NCBI GenBank assembly: GCA_041666915.1
Contig: JBAYFZ010000001.1
Location: 286,335 to 350,334, forward strand
DNA from: Minisyncoccota bacterium
GTDB taxonomy: Bacteria > Patescibacteriota > Minisyncoccia > Phycocordibacterales > PALSA-1337
Reading direction: 5' to 3'
Length of the DNA stretch: 64,000 nucleotides
Shown: positions 37,387 to 47,257 of the stretch, in pieces
How the letters are laid out: each line of letters begins with the position of its first letter
How positions within the stretch are numbered: position 1 is the stretch's first letter
The notes under the pieces: generated by a model
What the model saw: only the letters and a program-made list of their open reading frames with translations
Told to the model about the DNA's origin: nothing
Database searches by the model: none
Program-made: the position numbers and the translations under genes

Positions 37387-38589
37387 TTAAGACTGAACTT
37401 GAACGTCTAGATATTGAGGCTTACCGTCGGCAAAGGTGAAGATTCCGTAGATAGCATCGGATCGAATGATCTTTGCTCGCTGATACGGATCGTCGACCAT
37501 TTCGACTTCGGCAGTGTCTTGAATAACCACGTCTATCGCACCCTTCTTACCGTAGTAAGAGTGGATGAGGTTCTTGGTCAGCGTGTAGGTAGCGTTTCCA
37601 CCAAATACAAGGCGACCTGAACCAGTTCCAGTAATAGTGATCTGATCAGTCGTATCGTTGTCGACAGCAGCAAGCTGAAGATCTACCCAGTTTGACTGGT
37701 CATAACCAGGATCAACGTCAGTCCATGCGACGTACTTCGTACCGGCTGTGCCAGTAGTTTGGTGAATCGCATCGATCAGGTTGTCTCGAGTGGCATCAAC
37801 GCCTGCTTCGATAAGCACGTTACCTGGCGTAGCACCAATTGCGGCCACGAATGTGTACACGAAGCCGTTGATCGAGAATGTCTCGCCAGCTGATGGATTT
37901 GCTGCCATCGTGATGATCGCTTCAGCGAGAAGGTTCTCGGAGAGATAAAGCTCCGCACCGCCCACGGGACCCGCATATCCGTTTTTGAATGCGGCAGCAG
38001 CGAGATCAATGTTTTTCGACATGACGTACTGCTCAATCACCGATCCGCCATAACTGTCGATAACAAGAGCAAGATTGGTGAGATCCTGATTCGCTCGGCG
38101 CAACTTCGCACGACCCTGAGCCAAAAGCTGAGGAATGTTTGTAGTGGAGAGAACGATCGGAGTTCCGTTCGATGTCATTGTGGTGAGGTCGCCGGTATCG
38201 AATGCTTGCTGAGCATTCTTAACCTGAGCGAACACATCGGCATCAATGTATCGAGAGAGCTTCTTAGCAACTTCTGCACCGATTGTCTCGGCAGGATTCA
38301 AGGGACCAGCCTGAATCATTTCCTTCTTCGAGACACGGAAGTCTGCACCCTTGTTCTTGTTCACGAGTAAGGTTTCGCCGGAGTCATTGAGCTGGTCAAT
38401 GGTTCGGTTTACTCCAATCGTGATGTTACGAACACGAATTGGCGCAAGAGAATACTTCACACGCTTTACGCTCGCACCGTAGTCGAGCTTTTTTTCAAGG
38501 CGCGTGTTTGCGATCTCCATCGCAACGAGTACCTTGTCGAACACAGCCTGATAGGCGTTGTCGAACTGTTCTTTAAATACTGCTAACAT
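37387..38589 (-). CDS. major capsid protein candidate
   Basis: 400 aa, directly downstream of the scaffold-like gene. Confidence 0.55.
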   Translation of the reverse strand: MLAVFKEQFDNAYQAVFDKVLVAMEIANTRLEKKLDYGASVKRVKYSLAPIRVRNITIGVNRTIDQLNDSGETLLVNKNKGADFRVSKKEMIQAGPLNPAETIGAEVAKKLSRYIDADVFAQVKNAQQAFDTGDLTTMTSNGTPIVLSTTNIPQLLAQGRAKLRRANQDLTNLALVIDSYGGSVIEQYVMSKNIDLAAAAFKNGYAGPVGGAELYLSENLLAEAIITMAANPSAGETFSINGFVYTFVAAIGATPGNVLIEAGVDATRDNLIDAIHQTTGTAGTKYVAWTDVDPGYDQSNWVDLQLAAVDNDTTDQITITGTGSGRLVFGGNATYTLTKNLIHSYYGKKGAIDVVIQDTAEVEMVDDPYQRAKIIRSDAIYGIFTFADGKPQYLDVQVQS

Positions 38590-38635
38590 AAGAGGAATAA
38601 AATTAAGTGAATAAATTTACCCTCTCAGATATCAA

Positions 38636-39502
38636 CTACTTATTCTTGTGACGTGAACGCTGGGTAAGGCGATCGATCAGGCTCTCCTGATACTTATCAA
38701 ATTCCTTACCGCCCTTTTCTCGGGATTCAGCAATGCGCTTGTGATCCTCATCCGTAGGTTTGGTGTAATCCGGTTCCTTTGGATGATTACCTCCCTGCGA
38801 GCTGTAGCCTTCCATTCCTGGTTCAGGCTTTTCTGCATCGCCATAGAGTTCCTCGAGGATGTCTTCCATCGTGCGTTTGAGGTTTTCCTCGCTCGACATG
38901 ATGTACTTCCTGACGGCTTCTTTTTTGGCGATCTTTCCTAGCTCTGGGTTTTCGGCAATTACTCGGTCAAACTCTTTCGAGATTGCTCCTGCAATCTGAG
39001 CGGCATTGATCTCCTTTGACTGGGCTTCAGTCTTGGACTTAATGTCTTTGATGTCTGAAAGGTACTCGTCCTCGAATTGCTTCTTGGACTTTGAGAGGAG
39101 TGCATTCGCAAGCTTTCGAGTAAACTCGGGATCTGCACTTCCTTCGATGAGCGCTTCGATTTCGTCTTTAGCGTCAGCTCCGCGCGAACCTCCCTTCTTG
39201 ATCTGCTCCTGCAAATCTTTGATGGTAGGAATGACCTCATCTCGGATCATTTTTTTCATCTCACGATTCTCCTTCTTGAGATCGTCAAGGAGTTCATCTT
39301 TCTCGATCTCTGCCCGATTCCTTCGTGGTTTCGAATCGCCTGGCTTTGACCCTTCTCCCTCTGCAATCTGTGCAATCGATTGACCATTTGTAGGGTTGTC
39401 TGAATCTTTCTTGCCGTTCTTATCGATTGGCTGAGATTCCCCTGCGGCTTTTCCTGACTTGTCGTCAGCGGGTGCGGCTTCCGTATGATTTTGTTTGTTC
39501 AT
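38636..39502 (-). CDS. scaffolding protein candidate
   Basis: 288 aa, highly charged (K/E/D), helical. Confidence 0.5.
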   Translation of the reverse strand: MNKQNHTEAAPADDKSGKAAGESQPIDKNGKKDSDNPTNGQSIAQIAEGEGSKPGDSKPRRNRAEIEKDELLDDLKKENREMKKMIRDEVIPTIKDLQEQIKKGGSRGADAKDEIEALIEGSADPEFTRKLANALLSKSKKQFEDEYLSDIKDIKSKTEAQSKEINAAQIAGAISKEFDRVIAENPELGKIAKKEAVRKYIMSSEENLKRTMEDILEELYGDAEKPEPGMEGYSSQGGNHPKEPDYTKPTDEDHKRIAESREKGGKEFDKYQESLIDRLTQRSRHKNK

Positions 39503-39629
39503 AATTGTTTACGTTTTTATGCAATGGTTTTCGCCCCATTGATGCTCGATTGAAACGCAGAGCATTAGCGCCGTTACCTTTTTATTAATAAGAGGTTGGC
39601 CCCTCTATGCTTATAAGTGTGTAGCACTA

Positions 39630-39655
39630 AAAATGTGAAAAAGTGTGTGCAATCA
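39630..39655 (-). promoter_or_regulatory. conserved 26-nt motif copy 2, just downstream of a bidirectional terminator and upstream of the scaffold/capsid module
   Basis: identical 26-mer. Confidence 0.5.
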
Positions 39656-39663
39656 ATTAAAGA

Positions 39664-39694
39664 AAAATCACCGGTTAACCGATGATTTTTTCTT
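39664..39694. terminator. near-palindromic terminator AAAAATCACCGGTTAACCGATGATTTTT
   Basis: read directly. Confidence 0.5.
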
Positions 39695-39726
39695 GATAAT
39701 TCCTTTACTTTTTCTTTATCTTTTCT

Positions 39727-40119
39727 TTATTTTGCCAAATCCGCCGAGGCACTAGGCCGCTTTCGTGCAAGCTCGTTGAGCAAGATATCCAAGTCTTCAT
39801 CCGCCCCTATAAAACGTCTGAGCATTTGCACAGAGGCTTCAAAGCGAGCAATGACCGATATCAACTTGCCAAGCTCGGGGCTATCGTGAAGAACCGCAAA
39901 GAGTTCATTCATTGCCTTACGAGATTCATTCTGAAGACGATCAATGGTGTCTTTGCCGGCAGGAGTTCTAGACCATGAGATTAAATCTTGCGATACATCA
40001 ATGGCTTTATTGAGTTCTTCAACTTCGGCTTCCTCTGCCTGTTGTTTTTCTTGATCTAATTCCTGTGCCGCGTCGTGCGGACCAGTGAGATCTGCTTGTG
40101 TGTCTGGTTGTTCACTCAT
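39727..40119 (-). CDS. hypothetical acidic phage protein
   Basis: 130 aa ORF. Confidence 0.4.
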   Translation of the reverse strand: MSEQPDTQADLTGPHDAAQELDQEKQQAEEAEVEELNKAIDVSQDLISWSRTPAGKDTIDRLQNESRKAMNELFAVLHDSPELGKLISVIARFEASVQMLRRFIGADEDLDILLNELARKRPSASADLAK

Positions 40120-40490
40120 AGTTTTAATTGTTTACGGACCAGCGTATTTTCCTTTTCAAGCGTTCGGAGAATACTTTTCGCCTGCAATTCCTGATCCTTG
40201 AATTGCTTAGCTTTGTTTTCCTGCATCGCAAGCATGGTGAGAGCGAATCGCTTTTTTGGCGATAGCTTCTTGATGTATGCGACAAGCTCGGGATTTGCGC
40301 GACGAATATTTTCTGCCAGGGCATTCTGAAGCTTTGCGTTCGCTTCCATTTCCCTCGCCTGCTTTTTGATCTGGTCAATATTGCGAGCCATTTCTCGCAG
40401 AGAAAATTCAGCAACTTGCCCATGTTTTGTGATTCGATAGTCGCCTTTATCCTTAGCTTTCCTCTCGATTTTATAAGTAAATGCTGGCAT
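40116..40490 (-). CDS. hypothetical coiled-coil phage protein
   Basis: 124 aa ORF, 4-nt overlap with downstream gene. Confidence 0.4.
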   Translation of the reverse strand: MPAFTYKIERKAKDKGDYRITKHGQVAEFSLREMARNIDQIKKQAREMEANAKLQNALAENIRRANPELVAYIKKLSPKKRFALTMLAMQENKAKQFKDQELQAKSILRTLEKENTLVRKQLKL

Positions 40491-40507
40491 GGTATGACAA
40501 CGAGATA

Positions 40508-40831
40508 TTAATTCGTTCCTATACCATCAGGACTTGATGCCGACCCCGCATCTAGTCCACCTTCAGGAGAGGTGTTTCCTGCATCAGCAGACTCCGGAGC
40601 TGTTGGAGCTACGGGAGCAGTTGTCTCCGTTCCTGTCGGAACAGATTCTTGAGATTCGACATCAGGTGCAGGAGCTTGTGGCTGTCCGCCATTAATATTG
40701 TAATCTTCACGAGCCTGTCGCTCTGTGTCGAATTCTGGGCTTCTAAAAATAACCGATCCTTGTTCGTCGTAACGCTTCCATAGCCACTTGCCGTTAGCTT
40801 CGACGAACTTTACATTGTTTGATTCTGACAT
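40508..40831 (-). CDS. YegP/DUF1508-like domain protein with low-complexity tail
   Basis: 107 aa; KFVEANGKWLWKRYDEQGSVIFRSPEFDTERQAREDY resembles the DUF1508 repeat. Confidence 0.45.
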   Translation of the reverse strand: MSESNNVKFVEANGKWLWKRYDEQGSVIFRSPEFDTERQAREDYNINGGQPQAPAPDVESQESVPTGTETTAPVAPTAPESADAGNTSPEGGLDAGSASSPDGIGTN

Positions 40832-40861
40832 AATTTTATTGATTAAATTAAATAATAATTG

Positions 40862-42886
40862 CTACGTTGTAAGCGCAGCCGTTTCTGCCGTCCGAGTGGC
40901 AGGATCGCCAAGCGCGACTTTTCCATTTGCTGCAAGATCAGGGTTATCGAGTGCGGCTCCATCGACCATTCCGCGCCCTGTACCACTGATCAAGCCTTCT
41001 TTGGAAACTTGCGACATCACCGAACGTGCAGCATTTCGCTCCACAATCGGAACGATCTGGTCGATGTATGCAAAGACTGCGTTATGCTGTTCGGAAGAGA
41101 GTTCGTGATCAAACTTGTCAGACTTATCGATGAGTCTTTGGAGATACGCTGTGTTGGCATCTTTGTAGAAAGGAACTTTGCGACCTGCAATGAGAAGTTG
41201 GAACACTTCTTCAGCTTTTGAAATAACCTCGGAATAAGAGTAGTCGCTCAAATCAAGCAGACTGTTCACTGTATCGTCTTCGATTCCTGCGATGACCGCT
41301 TGAGTTTTGAATAAGACTTTTTGATTTATATTCTGATCACCTTTGTAAGCGCCGAGAAATGTGAGCTTGTTTTTGCTGTCAGCAAGATTGCTCTGGGCTT
41401 CAGCGATGCTTGATTCAACGAGGATGTCATAGTCGTCTTGAAATGGTTTCAAATCTCTTGCACTCACCATTTCTATCTCAAGACCCATTGAGCCTACGAT
41501 CTTGACAGCCATTTTCTTTTTCAAATCCTGCATCACACCCTCTTTGTGCAAAACAGCGAAGCGATAGTAACCCTCTGCATAGCTTTTATTCAAAAGTCCG
41601 AAACGATCACCTGCTTGCTCAAGATTTCCCTCGTAAATTCCAAGCGTATCTTCATCGCTCGTACCTTTGACACTTGAAGTAACTCCGCTTTCAGATTCCA
41701 CGATTGTCTCGAGCTTGTCATACACCGAGAACGGACCTTGTATCGGAGGAGTCTGTCGTGTCTGAAGCACCTTGTTTACGTCGATATTGCCTTCGATTTC
41801 AATGTAGCCGTCTTTTCGATAGCGTACCTGTGCAAGGTTGCGAACATAATCAACGTTCACGGCAGTCTGAGGTCGGTTGATCTGTTCGGAGTTGTCGAGC
41901 GACTGGTTGATGCTCTTTTCCTGCGCCATGAATATACCTCGGGCATAATCGCAGTAAGATGGTGTCCAAAATTCACGAGGATCTGGGAATGCCGCCCATG
42001 TCCATATCGGATACTTCTCGCTCTTTCGGATATCTTTCCAAGGCTCACATCGAATGCATTCGCCGGATGGAGTTAGTACCAAATAATAACGGTCATCATT
42101 CTCGTCTGTCGTTATCCATGTGTAAAAAACAAATTGATTCTCGTTTTTGAAACGCTCTCGGGGAGCTCCATTGATCTTTCGATTGTCTTTATCAAGATCC
42201 TGTTGAGTCTTTGCTGTGTTATTGCCTCCACCATCAAGCAAACCCTCCACGACTTTCTTGTAGTAGATTCCATCTTTGACACCTTGTGTGAGCTGAGCTC
42301 GTGTGAGTTTCGTATTCCACCATCCAAGGTATGAAGCTTTCTCGACTCCGCTTCCATCTTCTTCTTCAGTACATAAACCGCCAACATCAGGATCAATGAG
42401 AAAGTCTTTCGGATCTATCAAATTCAAAAGGCTTTTATAAATTCCTTTGTCGTTTCTGGTGAGATATAAATAAATGGTGCGACCATAAATCGCCGCATCG
42501 CGCTTTCCCATCAGGTCTTTGAAATTCCAACGTCCGACTTTTGAGTCCTTGTCTCTGATCGCATTCATCAAATCTGCCTTCTTCATGTCTCCAGATTCAC
42601 CTTTGACGTATTTAAATGTGAGAGGGCTGTCTATTTTTGAGAGGATCGTATGCACAAAGCCATGCATCTTGAAAAGTGGAACTTGGGCTCTCGTATCGCC
42701 TGCCTGCTGATAAGTACTACCGCCATATGGAGAAGTCACACTCGGATTGGCACGATCGGGATTCATCATGTCTTCGTTTTTATTCCACGAAGACATTCGT
42801 GCTTTCTTATAGCGATATGAATAATCAATCTCCTTGAGGGATTGTGATGCGAGTGTGTCTCGGGTTTTATAGTGCGCTAACGACAT
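40862..42886 (-). CDS. portal protein candidate
   Basis: 674 aa directly downstream of TerL. Confidence 0.55.
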   Translation of the reverse strand: MSLAHYKTRDTLASQSLKEIDYSYRYKKARMSSWNKNEDMMNPDRANPSVTSPYGGSTYQQAGDTRAQVPLFKMHGFVHTILSKIDSPLTFKYVKGESGDMKKADLMNAIRDKDSKVGRWNFKDLMGKRDAAIYGRTIYLYLTRNDKGIYKSLLNLIDPKDFLIDPDVGGLCTEEEDGSGVEKASYLGWWNTKLTRAQLTQGVKDGIYYKKVVEGLLDGGGNNTAKTQQDLDKDNRKINGAPRERFKNENQFVFYTWITTDENDDRYYLVLTPSGECIRCEPWKDIRKSEKYPIWTWAAFPDPREFWTPSYCDYARGIFMAQEKSINQSLDNSEQINRPQTAVNVDYVRNLAQVRYRKDGYIEIEGNIDVNKVLQTRQTPPIQGPFSVYDKLETIVESESGVTSSVKGTSDEDTLGIYEGNLEQAGDRFGLLNKSYAEGYYRFAVLHKEGVMQDLKKKMAVKIVGSMGLEIEMVSARDLKPFQDDYDILVESSIAEAQSNLADSKNKLTFLGAYKGDQNINQKVLFKTQAVIAGIEDDTVNSLLDLSDYSYSEVISKAEEVFQLLIAGRKVPFYKDANTAYLQRLIDKSDKFDHELSSEQHNAVFAYIDQIVPIVERNAARSVMSQVSKEGLISGTGRGMVDGAALDNPDLAANGKVALGDPATRTAETAALTT

Positions 42887-42909
42887 GATTATTTAAGTGT
42901 AGATACAAA

Positions 42910-42935
42910 AAAATGTGAAAAAGTGTGTGCAATCA
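42910..42935 (-). promoter_or_regulatory. conserved 26-nt motif copy 3, overlapping the TerL stop codon and 23 nt upstream of the portal start
   Basis: identical 26-mer. Confidence 0.5.
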
Positions 42936-44621
42936 AATGCCGATGTCTGGATATTGCGGACCTTCATCCACCAGTTCGTCTTCATATGCAGGTTTCACTT
43001 TTCCATATGGAGTGTCGATCAAGCGTTCAGGTCGGGCATCTCGGGGCTTTTCCGTTCCGGCAGGTCGTGCGATATCGCTTTGATACGCTGTCGCATCGCT
43101 TATGTCGTCATGATCGGCATCGGGAAAACGCACGAGCTCGTTTTCAAGGTCTTTGCATTCGCCTTGCAGGTGATACACGCTCCTGGTCTCGTAGCGGTAC
43201 AAGAGTCCGGTGCGAATGCGATCTTGTTTTGATCGACCCTCATGCTTGAGCCACGTCAAAGGTAGGAAAGTTTGCCGCACTCTCTGTTCGTGTCGAAGCA
43301 TCGGCTCAAGCCCACGAGTGAATGCAGTATCTTCCCATCCCATCTTCAAAGGAGGCGTGCCTGATTGTATAAGAAAATTATAAATGCCGAACATTTTCTC
43401 AATGATTCCAGTGGGACCGAGTTTCTCTCTCCAAGCTTTCAGATGCCACTTTCCCTCTCGGTCGATCCAATTGATGCAGAAGCCGACAAAGTCTCCGCCT
43501 GCGGTTACTACGCCATCTTCTTTTCTGCTCGGTGTGTCGATCGTGACGTATGCCGCAAGTTTCTTTTCAAGTAGAGCTTCCCATGAGATCGGCATAAACC
43601 ACTCTCGCTTAAAGAGGGCTTTCATTTCATCTATCGGCTGACAAAGCATTTCCGCTTGGAAGTCCATGTCGCCTTCTTCTGGTGTCCACATAGATCTTCT
43701 TTTCGCATCAATGCTTGTTTTGTTTGTAGCTTCCGCTTCGGCATCGGTCATCACCCATCTTTGCGGCCACGATGGTGTATGCAATCCGGACATGAGCGTT
43801 CCTTGGCAAATCGGGACGATGCGAACCTTGAGTTCAGGATCATGCTTGGCACGCTCTATCGTACTTTGTACATTTCCGTATTCGCTCAGGATATTTCCAA
43901 GATACATAACCCTGCGACGTTTTGAGTCGAGACCTCGCTTGAATTCTTGGATGTGCATGCGTACCTGACTTGTTGCCGCTTCGCTTCTTAGTGTCTTCTT
44001 TGTTTCAAAATCATCGAGCAAGACGAAGCCTGGGCGCATCGCTCCATGCACTCGACCTCGCACGCTTTCTTGTGTGCTGTGTGCTTCAACACGGATGCCT
44101 GCTTTTATGATCCTTCCGTATTCATCTTTCTTGGGATTGGTGACGAAATCTTTTACGCGCTTTTGAGTTATCTGATCCTTTGAACGCTTCACGTTGTACA
44201 GCTCACCAAAATCATTGATGAAGCGACTGTTGGTTTGAAGCTCCCAGACAACGTCAAAAAGGATACGTTCGGAGTTGGTGCTATCAAAAGCATCGACGTT
44301 TATGTACGGCTCTATCTCATAGGCGATCATGTAAAGAATAAGCGCCTTAGCAAAACTCGTCTTTGCACTTTCGCCGAACATAAACCATGCGACTTCTCTC
44401 ACTTTGAAATCAAGGAGGTCATGCACATCCCTCATCATGTCGTAATGGAACGACGCAAACTCGCTCCAGATATAATGCTGGAGATAATAAGTGACAAAGT
44501 AGCCGAAGTGCCTACGCAGTGCCTTCGTACGCGCCGCTATGTTGCTCCCCTTGAGGAATTGGATTCCCTGTTGGTTGATCGGAGATGCTACTTCCAGTAG
44601 TTGGTCGTTTATCGTTTCCAT
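42933..44621 (-). CDS. terminase large subunit
   Basis: 562 aa; ATPase Walker B VLLDDFET and terminase nuclease-type C-terminus; start uncertain (110-nt overlap with upstream ORF). Confidence 0.8.
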   Translation of the reverse strand: METINDQLLEVASPINQQGIQFLKGSNIAARTKALRRHFGYFVTYYLQHYIWSEFASFHYDMMRDVHDLLDFKVREVAWFMFGESAKTSFAKALILYMIAYEIEPYINVDAFDSTNSERILFDVVWELQTNSRFINDFGELYNVKRSKDQITQKRVKDFVTNPKKDEYGRIIKAGIRVEAHSTQESVRGRVHGAMRPGFVLLDDFETKKTLRSEAATSQVRMHIQEFKRGLDSKRRRVMYLGNILSEYGNVQSTIERAKHDPELKVRIVPICQGTLMSGLHTPSWPQRWVMTDAEAEATNKTSIDAKRRSMWTPEEGDMDFQAEMLCQPIDEMKALFKREWFMPISWEALLEKKLAAYVTIDTPSRKEDGVVTAGGDFVGFCINWIDREGKWHLKAWREKLGPTGIIEKMFGIYNFLIQSGTPPLKMGWEDTAFTRGLEPMLRHEQRVRQTFLPLTWLKHEGRSKQDRIRTGLLYRYETRSVYHLQGECKDLENELVRFPDADHDDISDATAYQSDIARPAGTEKPRDARPERLIDTPYGKVKPAYEDELVDEGPQYPDIGI

Positions 44622-45120
44622 TTTCTTGTGATGTTGTTTTTGACGGCAGTAATTTTCTGAATCCGAACAATTCTTCTATACGAAGATCGTCTTCATCGGT
44701 GACGAGCATTGTGCCGGCAAGTCTCTCGCCCTTGCTTGTTAGATCAATGTGCTGTGGTGGTCTTCCATCGAGATATGCCCATACGAGCTGAATCATTTTC
44801 GGATCGCCTTCAATCGCCAGTTTTACAATCTTCTGCGCAAGAGCTTCTTCAAGCGGTAGTGGATTGCCAAACTCATCTTTTGCTTCAAGGGCGAGAAGCC
44901 TTTCTCGTACCCTGTGCGTGAGCTGTTTTATTCCTGACGGGCGACCTGTGGGATTTCCTGAAAAGCCTGGCTTGAAGCGACCAGAATCATCCCTTACCTG
45001 ATCTTTTCCTGATGTATCAGGTGGAACGACATCGGACTTGATGTCCTGCTTCACCTGTTCTTGCCCTGTTACAGGCGGTATCAGGAGCGGTTTATCGTTA
45101 TTATTTTCTTGATTATTCAT
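44512..45120 (-). CDS. terminase small subunit-like protein (DUF5681-like)
   Basis: 202 aa; RFKPGFSGNPTGRPSG motif; position immediately upstream of TerL. Confidence 0.45.
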   Translation of the reverse strand: MNNQENNNDKPLLIPPVTGQEQVKQDIKSDVVPPDTSGKDQVRDDSGRFKPGFSGNPTGRPSGIKQLTHRVRERLLALEAKDEFGNPLPLEEALAQKIVKLAIEGDPKMIQLVWAYLDGRPPQHIDLTSKGERLAGTMLVTDEDDLRIEELFGFRKLLPSKTTSQENGNDKRPTTGSSISDQPTGNPIPQGEQHSGAYEGTA

Positions 45121-46420
45121 GTGTCGTTTTTAGCCAGTTTTCCGGCTGACCGTTTTTAATGATCGATTCGATTCCGGTGTAGTCGACCCATCGCTGAACC
45201 ACTACATCCACAAACTTCGGATCAAGCTCAATGCCTGCACACGCTCGGCTCGTTTTGTGGCAGGCAATGAGAGTACTTCCGCTTCCAAGAAACGGATCGG
45301 CAATCAGGTCATCGACCTTTGAGCTATTGAATAGTGCATAAGTGATGAGTTCCACTGGCTTTTGAGTCGGATGCTTGTATTCGCTCACTCGATCACGCTT
45401 CATCGTCCATATCGTGAGCTTTCCCTCTGTCTCGAGCTTACGCTGTCGCTTCGCCCAGTTGAGAATCTTCTGATCGCTGTCATGAAAGTTCAGGACCGTA
45501 TGATTTCTTCGATCCCCGTAGAAGACAGCTTTCACTCCTTCCTTTGAAACGTAGAAGAACGGCTCATGCTTCCATCGGTAATCTCCCCAGCCCATAGATG
45601 CCGTTGGCTTATTCCATATGAGTTGGTTATGGACCGACATTCCCTGCTTCTTCAGAGCTGATTCAAACTGCGCCTGCGTTGAGGTTGAGTGGAAGACGTA
45701 CCATCCGGCTCCGCCTTTTGCAGACTCGGCTATCCGAGCGAACACGGCTTCGAGGAATGTATCGAATGCCACATCTGCCATATTGTCGTTGAGAATTTTC
45801 TGGCTGGTATTCTCGCCACGCCCCGAATAATTGACGTTGTATGGCGGATCAGTAAAAACGCAATCAGCTTTTCTGCCCTGCATTATTTTCTTCCATGATT
45901 CTTCCTCGGTTGAGTCTCCGCATGCGATCGTGTGCGGACCGAGCTGATACACGTCGCCTATCTTGCTCTTAGGCTCTACAGGAGTTTCAGGCACGACATC
46001 ATCTTTCTCATCGTCTTCAACAAGCAGGTCTTTGGTGAAGCCGGTGATTGTTATGTCGAAGCCTGCAATTTGCAGTAACTTTAGGTCAGTGATGACTAGT
46101 CCCATGATCCAGTCGCTCTCATTGAGCTTGTTGTCCGCTAATCTGTAGGCAGTCTCTTGTGCTTCAGTGAGAGGAGCTGTCTCGGGACCGCCAAACACAT
46201 TTTTTCCGATGTCGTCCATGATCCATATCGGCTTCAGCTCGTCTTTGTATTTTTCCCATGTCGCAAATCTTCCGTGACCTACAACGATCACACCTTGCTG
46301 ATTCACAATTACAGGCTGTCTCCAGCCTACCTCCTTCACGATTGCGGCGAGCTTGGTGAGCTGTTCGACAGGATGCTCTTTGGCATTATTTTTGTATGGT
46401 TTTATGTCAGTGATTTGCAT
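45113..46420 (-). CDS. ParB-like nuclease domain fused to DNA methyltransferase (N6A/N4C)
   Basis: 435 aa; N-terminal ParB-like region, FTDPPYN (motif IV), DPFLGSGST (motif I). Confidence 0.85.
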   Translation of the reverse strand: MQITDIKPYKNNAKEHPVEQLTKLAAIVKEVGWRQPVIVNQQGVIVVGHGRFATWEKYKDELKPIWIMDDIGKNVFGGPETAPLTEAQETAYRLADNKLNESDWIMGLVITDLKLLQIAGFDITITGFTKDLLVEDDEKDDVVPETPVEPKSKIGDVYQLGPHTIACGDSTEEESWKKIMQGRKADCVFTDPPYNVNYSGRGENTSQKILNDNMADVAFDTFLEAVFARIAESAKGGAGWYVFHSTSTQAQFESALKKQGMSVHNQLIWNKPTASMGWGDYRWKHEPFFYVSKEGVKAVFYGDRRNHTVLNFHDSDQKILNWAKRQRKLETEGKLTIWTMKRDRVSEYKHPTQKPVELITYALFNSSKVDDLIADPFLGSGSTLIACHKTSRACAGIELDPKFVDVVVQRWVDYTGIESIIKNGQPENWLKTTHE

Positions 46421-46424
46421 ATAT

Positions 46425-46832
46425 TTATATTTTTTCCATCCAACTGATCATGCTCGACTCATTGCATGCTCCGCCTTTTCCGTTGTCGTCGATGTATTCG
46501 TATGCAGGCTTGCCACTCTTTTGTGCGAGTATTCCGATGACAAGCCTCTCATCGCCTTTTCGATTTCTGCATATTGTGCCGAATGTGTAGGTCATGCGCT
46601 GATCAACATTCCTTTTTTCCCAGTGATGCCGGAGGGCTGCGAAGAATTCGCCCTGGACCGTTTCAAGGTATGCAGTGATAGCTTCTTTATGTTCGGATTT
46701 GAAAATAGGAAGCAGGCTATGAGCTCCAATGATCCACGCTCCGACAAAGTCGGGACGTGCTGAAAGAAACCGAGCCGACAAGCTCAATGGATTCGGTTCT
46801 TGTTTTTTTATTTTATTTTTATCTTTAGTCAT
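46425..46832 (-). CDS. hypothetical phage protein
   Basis: 135 aa ORF. Confidence 0.4.
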   Translation of the reverse strand: MTKDKNKIKKQEPNPLSLSARFLSARPDFVGAWIIGAHSLLPIFKSEHKEAITAYLETVQGEFFAALRHHWEKRNVDQRMTYTFGTICRNRKGDERLVIGILAQKSGKPAYEYIDDNGKGGACNESSMISWMEKI

Positions 46833-46837
46833 GTTTA

Positions 46838-47257
46838 TTAAATTTGTTGATGATTAATCGAATCTGATTCAAGGATCTTTCCGCAAAAGCTACATCTTTT
46901 TATCCATCGAATATGCTGACAATTTTTGTGACGTTGTTGCTCTGCTAAGTTGCGAATGTACTCGTACGAACCCTCGACCAACTTTTTCTTTGTTTGTTTT
47001 GTATCTCTGTAAGTAATATGGAGATACTTTGTCTTCTTTGCCTTGCTGTAAACCTTTGCAACTTTGTCAGGCAGAACAGTTTTAACTTTTACTTTTCTCA
47101 CCCATCCTTTCGATCTGACGTGGTAGTGAATCGTACTGTGGTATATCCGATAGAACACCGATATCCATTTAATTTTCCACCCATAATCTTCAAAAGATTT
47201 ACGGATCTCTTTTAACTTTTGGGGAGATAGTTTGTAGCATCGATGTTTTGCTTTCAT
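46838..47257 (-). CDS. hypothetical Cys/His-rich (zinc-ribbon-like) protein
   Basis: 139 aa; C-terminal CQHIRWIKRCSFCGK. Confidence 0.35.
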   Translation of the reverse strand: MKAKHRCYKLSPQKLKEIRKSFEDYGWKIKWISVFYRIYHSTIHYHVRSKGWVRKVKVKTVLPDKVAKVYSKAKKTKYLHITYRDTKQTKKKLVEGSYEYIRNLAEQQRHKNCQHIRWIKRCSFCGKILESDSINHQQI

